The notes under the pieces are model-generated. The model worked only from the letters and a program-made list of their open reading frames with translations, made no database searches and had not been told where the DNA came from. From the NCBI GenBank assembly GCA_009914755.4, contig CP068257.2:19936001-20000000 (forward strand): 64,000 nt of DNA, read 5' to 3'. A program made the translations under genes and the position numbers. Source of the stretch: the human T2T-CHM13v2.0 reference genome, Homo sapiens. Of this stretch, positions 41,820 to 55,500 are shown piece after piece; the first letter of the stretch is position 1, and the number at the start of each line of letters is the position of its first letter.

Positions 41820-44336
41820 TTTGCTTTGTTTCTGCAGCGGCCCTCTAAATCTCAGTTGTTTACCATCTACCTTTGATAGCTTCTATTGCCCAATTCTCAG
41901 TATTCTTTTAGGCTTCTGACTTCCAGCTGCTGCTTGCTGCTATTAAAGGAAGCAATTTCCATACTGACTTAGAGTATTTCTGCTCAACATTATGGATAAG
42001 TGGAAAATAAGAAATTTTGACATAATAAAAATTAAAACCTAAGACATTTTACAAAGTTGTTTAAAAAAGTCAAAGTCATTTTTTTTGTGATCTTTCATTG
42101 CTGATCTATATCCTAAAGAAATAACGTGGAACCTCTTCAAAATTTCACCCCCAAATTTTTATTCACCATGAAGAGATTCACAAACTTCTACTACCACATC
42201 CCACTTTCCACAGCAAAACTGGAAAGAATCACATGTGCTTGACAATAGGTATCTCTTCCTTGATCACTGTCCCTTTATGAAGATATATTTTAGTTTGCAT
42301 CTATTTCCCATTAGTTACCTATGTCACATCCTAACCCATTGTCATACAAGACAGTAGTGAAATTTCTAGAATTCTACATTCTAGTACAAATTTAGTGTTT
42401 TACACTTTAGAAACCATGAAAGTACTACAGTGAATATGAATGAGTCTTTTCAAAAATTAAAATACAGAAAAAGGAGAAGATATTTGAAAAAGTAACAAAT
42501 TTCTGTAGTTATTTTTAAATACTATTTCCTCACTATTTCTCACTTTTAGCTTCTGTAGAACAAGCAAAACATAAGTAAAACCAAATTTCCAGATCACGGA
42601 GTTCTTTCTGAAGCATGGGATGTGGGCTGTAAGCTTAAACACATTCCCTGAGTTCCATGGCCTTTGTTTCCACATTTCACCAGCAGTCACATTCTGTTCC
42701 AGAAGCTCAGTAGATTCAGGCTTGGGAGAGGAACTTGAGTAAAGGGGAGGGAAGTTACTGAGGAGAGATGAGTCAGAGCTGATTCATAGATCCATCAGTC
42801 AATTACAGTTCGTATCAGAGAGTAGGCTCCTTAATATTATATACAGTACTGAACTGTGATTAAGATGGATATTCCGGTTTTTCAAAATTTATATTTAGTT
42901 GGTATTTCTAACAGAAAGTGATTCAAACATGTACATATAATGTATGCTTGTGCAATACCATTAGGAAACCTAAAAAGAGTATTAATAATAAAGTTATAAA
43001 ATCACATCTGACATTTATCAAAATTTTTCTGAGAGAAATTACATGGTTTGAAATGGAAAAGAAAATGAGAAGGGAGATTATGAGGAAAAGGATTCTTCCT
43101 TGATTTTCCTCCAAAGAGATGATGAAAACAAAGAATGAATGGTCATGGCTCAAGAAAATTAACTTTACAGCAGAAACCATCATTTATACTTGCCCCCAAG
43201 GCTGTTCTGTAGGTTAAACCCATTTTTTTTTAAGATTTTCTTTAACAAACTATTCTTAATCATTTTGCCACAATTGTGGAAATGACTAATTTTTCTGTCT
43301 TAAGTGGAAAAACTATCAGCACTATTACCTGACTACATTTTAAAACTTAACAGCTTTTATGAATCAGAGAAGTGAACAACTGGTACTTCCCTGAATTAAT
43401 ACTATAGTTTTACATTTTTTTAAAAAACTCTCTCAGAGTTGCCAGCTTCATTACTGAAAATCAATGAGTTTTCATTTTTTTATAGGAATGGTTTATCTAT
43501 AAACTATAAAACTACCCAGATAAAAAGAATTTTTTTTGTCCTTACAGAGATCTTAGTGTTTTTGTATCTTGGCCAAAACTGGACTAGATGCTGTCAACTA
43601 GAGCAAAATTATATCTGAATGACTGGCAACTTTTGTAGACACAGCTGTAGTGTATTAGGATAGTAGAATTTATTACTTAATCCCCATATTTTGTTCCCAT
43701 CATAATTATAAATATATTTGGAAAAAGATAATTTTCATAAATATAATTAGGCATTTTGTCCTTGGTTTAATCAGAATTTGCTTTATTTTGGAGCACAAAT
43801 GCTGCACTTACTAGAGCCAGCAAATATGTAGCATTACCTAAATAAAACCCCTTTGCCTTATAAAGCTTGCAGAGCCCTCCTATCATTAATGTGATTAAAA
43901 GTTGCCAGAGGGCTCATGGAAATGCAAAATCCTAGGTCCCACCATTAGAATTCCGTCAACAGTAGGCTGAAGAAGAGACTGGGCATCTGCACTTTGAACA
44001 AATGCCCCAAGCATTTTGAGAATTGCATTTAAAGAAAAAGATTTTGAAACCCAGAAATCTGAAACAAAATCTATTTTTCAAAACCTGAAGGAGCAACTCT
44101 TTCATCACTTGAAAGCTATGTCAACATTTTGCATGCCCAACAAATTTGTTACTGGAAGCTTTTGAATAATTTTAGTTGAAATTTAATATTACTTGATACT
44201 TGCAAATGCAAAGATTTGATATCATAGACTTGTCAAAAACTAATTGTTAAGTAGTATGTATGTAAATACAATATTGAAACACATTGGAAATAGGCATTTT
44301 AAAAATGAGATTTTTTTCCCAAGCATTTTAAAAAAT

Positions 44337-44555
44337 AATTTTTTGAAGTAAAACTCATGTAACATAACATCAGCCATTTTAAAGTGAACAACTGAATGGC
44401 AGTTAGTACATTGTGCAATGCTGTGCAACAACCACCTCTACCTAGTTCCAAAACACTTCCATCCATAAAGTAAAATCCCATACTCATTAAGCAGTTTCTT
44501 CCTATTCTCCCCTCTCCCTTTGTTCCTGGAAACCACCAACTCATATTATGTCAAA
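44337..44555 (-). mobile_element. L1 (L1M/L1P) extreme 3' end fragment, antisense
   Basis: ttttgaagtaaaactcatgtaacataacatcagccattttaaagtgaacaactgaatggcagttagtacattgtgcaatgctgtgcaacaaccacctctacctagttcc... is the reverse complement of the L1 3'-terminal ...ggtgatggttgcacaactctgtgaatatactaaaaaccactgaattgtacactttaaaa motif. Confidence 0.55.
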
Positions 44556-47500
44556 AATGAGATGTTTAAAATAGAAGAGTCTTTTTCATATGTTCAATGA
44601 CTGTGTTCTTACTACAAATTTTTGTACAATATACAACTTGACTTTCAGAACAGGATCAATACTTGTTTTCCACTTGGAAGTATTTTAATAAAAAAAATAC
44701 ATTCCCAGTGTGTAAACTTGGGAGTAAATCATATTGTGAAGTATTTATTTAGATAGTAAAATCTCATTGTTTCTTTATTTCCAAATGTAGGGGTTGGTTA
44801 TGATGAAATAGGACAATTTATTCTTCAGTTTTTATTTATGTTCTAATTTTCCGTGCTCATAGTCCCATCACAAGTGGCCACATAAGCCAGTATGATCTCC
44901 TTCCTCTATGCTCAAAGAGATGTAATGATAGAAGGGAGGAAACAAATTAGCAGAAGTGTCATATTTTAGAAATCTATCAGATACAGTCGTTGCTCCCCTA
45001 ATATCTATTGTCTTCTCCTCCCTACTCCCACTTCCTCCATCTCCCTACTTTAATAGTAAATATTTGCTCTTTTGCACCTCTGCATCACCATGAAAATAGG
45101 ATGAACTAACCTTCTGGTTCCAGGAGAAAGACGAGGGACTTGGAAACTGAATAGTCCCATCCACTGCAGCTGAAATCTGCCACCTTAACTTCCTGCAGAG
45201 CTTCAATGAGAAGGAGAGATCAGCCAAGGGCCTCTGAGCACCTAGTCAACTCACAGATGTGTGAATGATGATACCGAATTGCTGCTTTAAACCCCTCAGC
45301 TTTGTGGTAGTTACATGGGAATAGCTAATACAAATAAGTGGTGCAGACCCCGGACACAGAGCTGATACACAGGATGTCACTGGGAGAAACAGAGAAAGAG
45401 TGTGGTTGTCTCCCCATATCTACAGTTTCACATTCTGGGATTTCAGTTACCTGTATTTAACGGAGGTTGTCTGAAAATATTAAATAAAAAATTCCCAAAG
45501 TAAACAATTCGTAAGTTTTAGAATGCATGCCATTCTGAGTATCATAACTAAACCTCATGCTATTTTACTTTGTCCTTCTCAGGATGTGGTTTCAGGTATC
45601 CGGTGGGGGTCTCAGAATTTATCCCCTGTGGATAAGGGAGGACTACTGTAATCAGAAAAGCAGAAAGAGATGGGGCAACTGTTAGCTTAAGCAATTATGG
45701 AAATAAAATTTAGAAAATAAACAATACCAGTTCCCAAACATTTATCCAAAAGTCTTAGGACTATATGTGCTTGAACTATAGAACTTTTCATACTTTATAA
45801 AGTTATTAGAATGCATACACACTATATGTTTTAACAGTCACCAGCAGGTTCTGGGACAATGCCTCAATACATCATTCTGGAGAAAAATAAATGAATATTC
45901 ACATAAAGCAAAATAAACAGAGACTATAAAATTCATGTCATCTCAAGTTAGGTTTGGCTTCTAAATGAGTTGGGAAAACTATTTTAGATTTTAGTGCTTT
46001 CTGAATTTCAGAACTACAGGTGAAGAACCTGTAATGTCAACAATGCAGAAAATTATAAGTATAAAAATAGGAGTATAAAAAATAGGAGAGTCATTGACTT
46101 GGATGTTAAAGCAAATTCCTTGTTGGAGTAGTTAAGGTAAAAAAAAAAAAATCCACAAATCTATGAAGTAGGTATGTTCAGTGAATACTTCAAGTTCTTA
46201 AATAAATAGTTAAGGAAGATTATACAAACACCCTCCTCCGATAGGCAGTTGTCCTAAGGAATTACCCCTTGCCTTCAGTTCCTATTGTTGGTATCATCAT
46301 TATTTTTTAAAAATTAGATGGAAAAAAATAATTTACTAATTTACCTCTGTACATAATAAGAAAGGTCTGCTGAGCCTCAGCCGAGTGTAATGTAGAGAGT
46401 AGCAGGGGGATGTGAAGGGCCAGTTTGAGTAATCCCACTCCTAACTCAATTGTGTGGCTATTGTCTCTGAGTGGCTTTTCACTGTGTGTTTTAAAATAGA
46501 CTCTAGTTCATGAAAGACACAAAAATGTCATTATTTCCATAAATGTAACTAGAACTGGCAGAAAATATAAAATTCTGTGGAAACCACAGGCTCAAAATGA
46601 AGACTCTTGTTCCAGCCCAATTCAAATATATCTGATAAATGAATAGTATGCTACAGGCTTAACTCACATCTTCTCTAGTTATTTGTACGCCAATGACAAG
46701 AATGGTTCAGAACAAGTTACTGGGTCATACTGCATGGTCTCTATAGTCATATTTTAAAAATTCTATACATTTAATTCTAATCATATTATAAAACACATTA
46801 TCATTACTAGTATTATTATCACTAATATTAGGATCTTAACATTAAAATTCTGTAAAACTACTTTGGAATGGTATTAAATTGGATAGCATATTATCTTAGA
46901 AATGGTAAACTGAAATAAGTAGTATTTTTCAAGTAAATAAATTCATGTGGAAAATTATGCCCCATTTGATGTTATTCATTTATTTCTTTAATAAATATGT
47001 ATTTGTTGACTAGATGAATGAATGAACAATATGTTTTTAACCAGTTACTCATATTGCATATCTCTCAAATAAGACTGTTTCCTTTGTTATTTAAGCAAGC
47101 CACATGTATTTGAATGCTAATGTATTTCTGTTCTTAATTTGCAGTATTGTTCTTTAATATTCTTGTTGATATAAATTGAACTGAATGGTCATATCATCAA
47201 ATATTTATGGATTAAAAAATTTTTCATAGAAGCCAATAGAACAATTTTAGTCTGTATTTTGTGTTTGTTAAGTTTGTTTTTATCAAGGTTGTATGGACCC
47301 TTAAAACTCTATTATATTTAGATGCTTGCTTGGCTTAAATGTAATGTTTTACAAAAATTCATTTCTGCATATAGTGTTTTACAAATAATTGCCTCTTCAA
47401 ATGTGTGCCTATATTAGAATCCAAAATAATTGTGATATAAGGTATAATTCTCATATTAAGGCATTCAAAAATACATTTTATATTAAAGTGTTAATATTGT

Positions 47501-49495
47501 ATATTATCTCTTATAAGGTTAGTCTTCCATATTATCATTTTCCCCAATGATATTAATACATGAAAAGGCTCTCTAGTGTGTCTTTTTTTTCTAAAAGCTT
47601 GAGAATATTATTGCGATTTCCTTAAAATATAAAGGACGTTAATCATTTAGCTATGTTGCATTATGAATGTCATTATTTCAGAGAGGTGGATATATTCTAG
47701 GAGTCTGTTGAAAATGAATCTAGTTTAGAAGAACATGAAACATAATAAAAGATACTTCTCACCATGTTGTAAAGAGTAAGAACAGATTTGAGGTTTGTAG
47801 GAAATCAGTTATATGGAAAATTAATCATTCAAGATATAAAGAACAGAATAAAAATGCTAATTTTTGAAATTCAAAGATAGACTTCAGAATAGAGAGAATA
47901 CAATAAAAGGTAGCAATTATAAACAAAAGAAATACAAACTCTTTAAGCCTTATCTAGCTCTGGAGCTTGCCAAAAGTACAAAACAGGAATTAGGAAAAAA
48001 AAATTAATTGTCGACATCTACAGATAACATAATCTTTTTAAAAGAAATTGAAAAGTTTATCTTAAAAGGAAAAAAATTTTATTTTTAATATGAGTTTTGT
48101 TTTCAGATGTATACTTTCTTTAAAGATGTAAAATGAACTTTTGCTTGAGAGCAGAACTTATCTAAGAGACAGAAAAACGAGATTTTGTATTTTATTATAT
48201 TGTATCTGATTATAACCAATCAACTGAAACTCGTAAAGCACCATTCAATTTTAACAAGTGATCCAGAATACCAGCCTCTTAGTGGACAGAAACAGAGGCG
48301 ACTTCCTGATCAATCAGCAAAGAGAACACCAGAGAGTTAAACTTCATTCTGACTCCTGCTTCTGAGGCAAAAGTAGCTCTAATGCTGTTCCTATTTTAGC
48401 AACTCCATGGAGAGCCCCCACAGTTCATTTGAAGTGGTCGAAAATTCTTTCCTTTGAAGAATTCTTACCTTCAGAACCACTTTTATGTGGATCAGGGCCT
48501 GTGAAGGAAAGGTCAAGAAAGCTCTGACCTGTGACTTATTTGTGCTGCTAAACTGTAATTATTAAAAAGATAAAAGTATGATTCTATGAATATGGAATTA
48601 ACATGTGTTAAGCGTTTTAACTCATTAATTAATGTAGGAACTAGTAAGATGTTAAAACAAGTTCAAAGAAGAAGTTGAAGAACATTGTATAGTTCGTGTG
48701 TGTATACACACACCAAATCAAGAAATCTAAAATGAATTTGCTAAGAGATAGAAAATATTTCATAGTTTATAGGGAAATGAAATGCAACAGTTGGGGTCAT
48801 ATTTTCTAAGAGCAGAAATCCATTTTACCTTCCCTAGAAAAAAATCATTTTGTTGCTATGAATAAGAATAATTTCAATTTTCATCAAATTTTACAATTCA
48901 ACCTCTACCGCTACAGGGTTTTTAAATATCCTTGTGAATATAAAAAAAATCAAAAGTGAAAAACACATAAAATCTGATAATCCTTCAAGGTCTACTAGAC
49001 ACTGTCTTGAATCTCAGTGAAAGAAAACCCAGTAAGCTTGTTTGCCCATTTACATGTCTTGGAAAATTTATCCCAAGAGCCTTTGGTTGTGTCTAAAGCT
49101 AAAGTTTTCTTGATCTGAAAATTCCAGTTGGGCTAATTCATGTTTTTTTTTAATTCCTCAAATCCATTTGTTAACAAATTGTGACAATATTCTAGAGTTT
49201 CCCTCCAAGTATATTTCAATGCACAAAAGCAGGAAATCAGTTGTCCAAATAATAGGTTTAAAAGTTTACATCTCAAATGATTACAAAATAATTAAAAACG
49301 TAAACCTATCCTTTGGCTTAAACTTAAATGACAATTTAATTTCAAGGAAGATAAACTTCCAAAAAGTTATAAAAGTTTTAGTAATAATCTTCCATGATAC
49401 TACACATTCTCAAATATAGAACCGGAATTTGGAAAATGCAAATTTTATCAACCTCCACTCTCAACACTTCAGTGGAATCAGAATTGCTTGAATAA

Positions 49496-49869
<374 letters not shown>

Positions 49870-52050
49870 TAACTCAGCATTTTTGACTGCATACCTTGCT
49901 TGGCACAAGTTGCACTTTGATAAATATTTGGCAAAATAAAGACACGAGGGTTCTAAGAGGGTAAAAAGTTGTAAAGTGAATATCTTTTACTCCTATGGCG
50001 TTCATAAATAACAGTTGTTTTATGGAAATGATAGAAAGTTATTTTCAGCCCTGTGTCTCCTGAATTGGAAGCATAAAGATTCTTAGAGATACGAAGTACA
50101 TATTTACCATTAAAAATAGGCATATTACATCAAGAGTGGCAAAGTGAAGGTAACAGAATGGTGTAAGGAGCACCAAGTGGTTCAGTTGTATAAACAGAAA
50201 GTGAAGGCGAAGGCAAAAAATAAAAAATACAATGAATATCATTTTCAAAGAAAAGACAAAGGATCAGTAGAACAAATAGAATAGTTACCATCTCAAAATG
50301 AAGTCTAGTTTACATCAGTCTATGTCTGAGACCTTTCATAACCTCTATAACGTCTGAGAATTCTGTATTCTATTAAATTCCCAAGTTCATGTGTATGCAC
50401 AGTCTGTTTATTTAGTTGTAATGATGCACAATATAATTCTTTGCTTCTAGAGCAAAATAGACATGAATAGGTTTGATCTCTGTTTTCAGTGGTCCTTTAG
50501 TTGAATAAGAAACATGGTGGGGCATCAGGTAGAGGAATATTGAGAGTTCCAGAGAGGAGGGGGAGAGGAGAGAGAGTCAGCAACCTGGGGTTGAAATAAA
50601 AGCTGGAATTTAAGAACAGAAACACACAGCAGTTCTATGTGGCATCGATAAGTTATACACATTATACCTAAGCTTATAACCTCAGGCAAGTCTGATGAGG
50701 GAAACGAGCAAGAGTGTCTAAACTAGAGCCCTTTGGGTCATAGGTTTAAGTAATAAGAATCGTAAACATGTTCACAATATTACAAAATTGTGCTACTGAC
50801 AAGTTTATGGTTTCAAGCCCCAGTTGAATAAATCTTATTGTTTTAATCTTTTTCTTCTATTGTGTCCTAACTTCTGTGAGGTGATTTCAAATCACTTAAA
50901 AGTACCTACAAACTTTCTTCACTCTTGCTCACCCACAGAAGATAAACTTGAGGACTAATTCAATAGGAAATAAAAACTCTGAGCTATAATATAGCTCAAA
51001 TTCAACCACCCTGCCATAACTAGCTGCTAAAATGTCCAAACTCTTCTGCACTTACAAGTTCCAGGAGAAATGGCAGAAACTTAATTTCTAGAAAGCAATT
51101 TAGTTGAAAACAAATTGATAAAAACAGCAAGTTGATCATAACAGAGTACTTACAATATGTGGGCTTTCATGTAATAGTACCTTTTAATCAACAGAGAATA
51201 TTTATTTTAATGAGTCAGAAACTTTGAAAACATTTTTAATATATTCAAATGTAGCATTTAAAATTTTTAAATGTACTTTAGTCAAATATGACAATATTTT
51301 AATTACATTATAAATTCTACTTTCATTTCAGTGACTTTTCCAAAACAAGTTTATTAAAATAAATGCTCTAACCATTAAAACTTGTTTAAATAAAATTTGA
51401 GCAACCTAGCGTAACACAAGATTTTAAAATATTAGTACATTCTTAATAATTATTATCTTTTTAATTTCATGTAATTGTATGGGACCAATAGTTTGCATTT
51501 GGCCATGTTTGTTCTCTTATATTAAAAGCTTTTCACATTTCTTCAATTAGCATACTTTGCTTCTATCTGATACAATTAATACTTGCAATTAGATTAATAA
51601 TGTAATTTCTATTTTTAAGAAAATGTGTTCAAAATTTGGAAATAAGCAAAAGATTAAAAGATTCCAGGTTTATAAATGGAATAATATTTCTACATTGAAC
51701 TTACAAGAAGTCTTGTAGTAAGTTAAATTTTGGTGTTTGAAAATTTAATGAATATTAATTTATGAGGCTAAAGGGTAATGTGTGAATACTATTTTCTGCA
51801 TTGAAAACTACACTCAGGAGCATTAAAAACAAATTAAAAATCACGTTGATACTCTCCCACACCTGTTTTTCCCTAAAAGGATATAGTAGGAAATGTTGAA
51901 TTTCTTTCAGCAAATATAACTGATATCTATACACTGAATTCAGAATTATTAATGGCTTTTTTCTGGTTATTAATCAAGCTACAAGAATGACTCCTGCTAT
52001 CCTATGAGGGAGCACTGATATTTCAGGAGAAAAATTGTGCTGGGAATACT

Positions 52051-52560
52051 TTTTTATTGTGATGAAATATATGCAACATAAAACTTACTGTGTTAACCGT
52101 GAAGTGGACAATTTAGCTGCATTAAGGGCATTTACATCATTGTGCAGCTATCACCACCAAACATCTCCAGAACTTTTCTACTATCCCAAACTAAGCCCTG
52201 TAGCCATTAAACAAAAATTCTGATTCCCTCCTATCCATAACCTCTGGTAACCACTCTGTTACTTTCTGTCTCTTTGAAATTGACTATTCTTAGTACCTCA
52301 TAAAAATGAAATCATGCGATACTTATCATTTTATATCTAGCTTATTTCACTTAGCATAATGTTTTCAAGTTTGATCCACATTGTTTCATGTACCTGAATT
52401 TCATTCCTTTTTAAGGCTAAATAATAATCCCACTGTACGGATATGCCACATTTTTTTTCCATTCATCCATTGGTTGACATTTTATTTCTGCTTTATGCCT
52501 ATGGTGAAAATGCTGCTATGAATATTGGTGTACAAATATCGTGGAAGCAAAGGTGAGTAA
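52051..52560 (-). mobile_element. L1 (L1M/L1P-type) 3' end: ORF2 C-terminus plus 3' UTR, antisense
   Basis: Poly-T, then gtgatgaaatatatgcaacataaaacttactgtgttaaccgtgaagtggacaatttagctgca...ctatcaccaccaaacatctccagaacttttc..., and downstream ...atcatgcgatacttatcattttatatctagcttatttcacttagcataatgttttcaagtttgatccacattgtttcatgtacctgaatttcattcctttttaaggctaaataataatcccactgtacggatatgccacatttttt..., the reverse complement of the conserved L1 ORF2 end (...YIHTMEYYSAIKRNE...MLSEISQ...). Confidence 0.65.
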
Positions 52561-55500
52561 ATATGTCAGGATGTTTCTTACCATTTTAAAGGTTGCTTTT
52601 TCTTGATTAAGCATTTGCTTGGCAGCTATAGAGCTGTAATTGTTTTCTGGAACTCTTTAAAGGTTAGTCCAGCTAGTTCCTGGTTTCTTTTTCTTAAATG
52701 TTTCTGCAAAGAAATGAAGGCTTGAAGCTGCTTAGTCAGCCATTTTGCTCTGCAAGAGGAATTTTTATGCAGCATTGTCTGAATAATTTTTGACCTAAAA
52801 ACGGAAAGTTGTGATATTGTATATGGAAAATAATGTACCTTGCATTTTATGAATAAGTTAAGTGTTTAATGATATTCACATTTCATACATATAATTTAGC
52901 AGGTTGTTTATATACCAGAGAAATTTTCAGTATGTTCAAATAATGCCATACATTTTGTTGTACAGGCACTGTGTAATGACAGGTGGGGTAGGTACTATTA
53001 TCACTGTATCAAATAAAAAATAATTTAGGCATGGAGACAAAACATTATCTGCATAATTCTAAAATGATGGAGTTAGGAAGACTTATTGTGTGATTTTTCT
53101 TTGTCAGCACATTTTATAGCAGCCTTCTCTAATTGCTTGTGTGTGTTTTCATTTACACACTCAAAAGTTTAGTCAAAACATTTCTGGAAATTATCATGAA
53201 AGCACGCAAAGGATATGGTCAAGGACAATAATCATTTAGGACATAATCTTCTTGGTCTTCATAGGCCCATAATAAATTATGGAAGCAGAAATATTGGTTG
53301 TAGGTAGTTGCTTTCATCTACTTAAATTTAAGCACTATAAATTCCCCAAATCTCTGTTCAATTTTAGCTAAAAGTCAGCTCTCAGGTTTAGATCAGGATC
53401 TGACTCACAGGAAACTGAAATAATGGGTTAGCTTTGGTCTTGGGATAAAAGGTAGATCAGGATGAGGCAAGACATGATTAGACGAAACCTAATCAATAAA
53501 AACTTCAATTAAACAACACTGGCTTATCATATTTATTTTTCACTTCTCAATATAAATATGAATAAATGTGCCTTAACGTACAATAATATATTTTTATTTT
53601 TAGTATCTAAAGATTTAAATAAATCATCTATCTCATAAGGGCCAAACCCTTTGATTTTGTTATATGCTCATTTAATTGATGTCCCTTGGCGTATGAAGCA
53701 CTCTTTACTTTGGTTCGCCTTCTTTCTTCCTACACCTTCTCACAATCTATTGCTGACTCTTCTTCTTACAAACTAGAATTTGTTGATATTCTTCCAGCTA
53801 TCTTTGTTAGTCTTCTCAACTATCTTTTCATGATCTGCCTGATAATCTATCTAATCTCATAGTTTCAAACATGATCTTCACTCTGAAATTTATAGTCTTT
53901 CCTGAGATTTAAAACTGTAGTTGTTCATTCACTTATTCACATTATATACTCAATTAAAAATTATTCACAAAGCATCCTCTTCCACAGCATCTCTATAGTG
54001 TTTCTAATTTGATTTCCACAAGAAGCCCAAATTCTCATTCTCTGTACTTCCGGTGCACTCCCCTTTCAGTTTTCCCTATCTCTGTTACCAGCATCTTCAT
54101 GAGTTACTCATCCTAAAATTGTAAGTTTTTCTCTTTTCTGCTCAGTGTAGATTGAATCAATGTTGATAGATCCAGTCTCCATTTCAGGGAATTTCGTTCA
54201 TCATTGTCCTCACTAGTGAAAAGGAAAAAGAAAGAATGTATTTGCTCTATAGAAATGATTTACTTACCATAAATTAATTAAATCACTAAGCCACAAACAA
54301 GCTGAATCATGAGGTGTTACCAAAAATGTGTAAAATTTGAGTTCAAAATTTATACTTGAATAATTAGAAATTGTCTAAAAGTTTCATTAGGCATTTCAAA
54401 TATCTTAGATCTTAGAGCCTTTATGTGGAAGTTCATTTAGAACATGTTAGGATAACTAAATACCAACCAATAAACAAAAAAGCTATCCAAGGCAATGTGT
54501 TTGAACTTCTGGAACCAATCTTTAAATGATTCTTCCTAAAGTCCCATTATATTGTTTTCAAATGGCATTGGAGAGTGAATAAAGGGAACAATAAGATTTT
54601 ACAAGACTGAAAGCATTTACGAAACCATGTAACTGCCAAAGAATGGATGTTAAAGCATCCTAAAGAGTCTGATTAATGAATAATTTAAAAAGTCATCGTA
54701 GCTAACTACTCCATGTTATACGACCTTTACCCCTTGGGCATCTGATAAAGAGAAAGGTTCAGCTTTAAACAACCTTAGTTGAATTAGAAATTTACTTGCT
54801 TATCCTAAAGCCATCCATTTTATGACCCAGTTGATTACGTTTATTTTTCTCTCCTTAGATTTCTTCATGTCTTTTCATACAGAATGAATCATATGATGAT
54901 AATAGGCAGCTGAGAAAGGAGTAACAGAGAAGGATTCTTTAATAACCCACACATGCCTGTGGTAAAAGCAACTGGGTCTTTTAAGCTGTGTGTATGATTC
55001 CTAAATGTCAAAACTTCTTTGTGGCTGTGCCTTTGTTCTGTTATTCTCTATGTTTAGGTGATACTTTCCTTTTTTATGTCTAAATTCTACTTATCTTTCA
55101 ACACTTAACTCATCAGTCACCAACATTGTGGAAGCTAACCTGATTTATCCTTTTTATAACTAATAATGTAATACTTCAATAAATGCTCTTCCATAATGCC
55201 TTGACTAGAATACTATGACATGTATAATATTAATGTGCATTACAACTGGTTACATACCATTATATGAACTTAATATCAGCAGGTCTGTGTCTCCTTGGAA
55301 ATAGAAAAATGACTTGAATATAACAATTGCATTAAAATGTTGGCTTAATTGAATTTCATGTTCCACAAAATTAATTTACTGCTCAGAGCAACTGGCCTAG
55401 GAATCTAAAATTTTCATGATTGCAACTCAGCTTAGTTCTAACCATATTTTGATGTTAGCCCAAGCAAGTATTATTTTATGTAATTAAAAAAAGTTAAGAT

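Noticed and set aside
45400-45640. Possible DNA-transposon fragment (...ctgtggataagggaggactactgta...)
   Set aside because: Only a vague resemblance to MER-type termini; no inverted repeat partner found.
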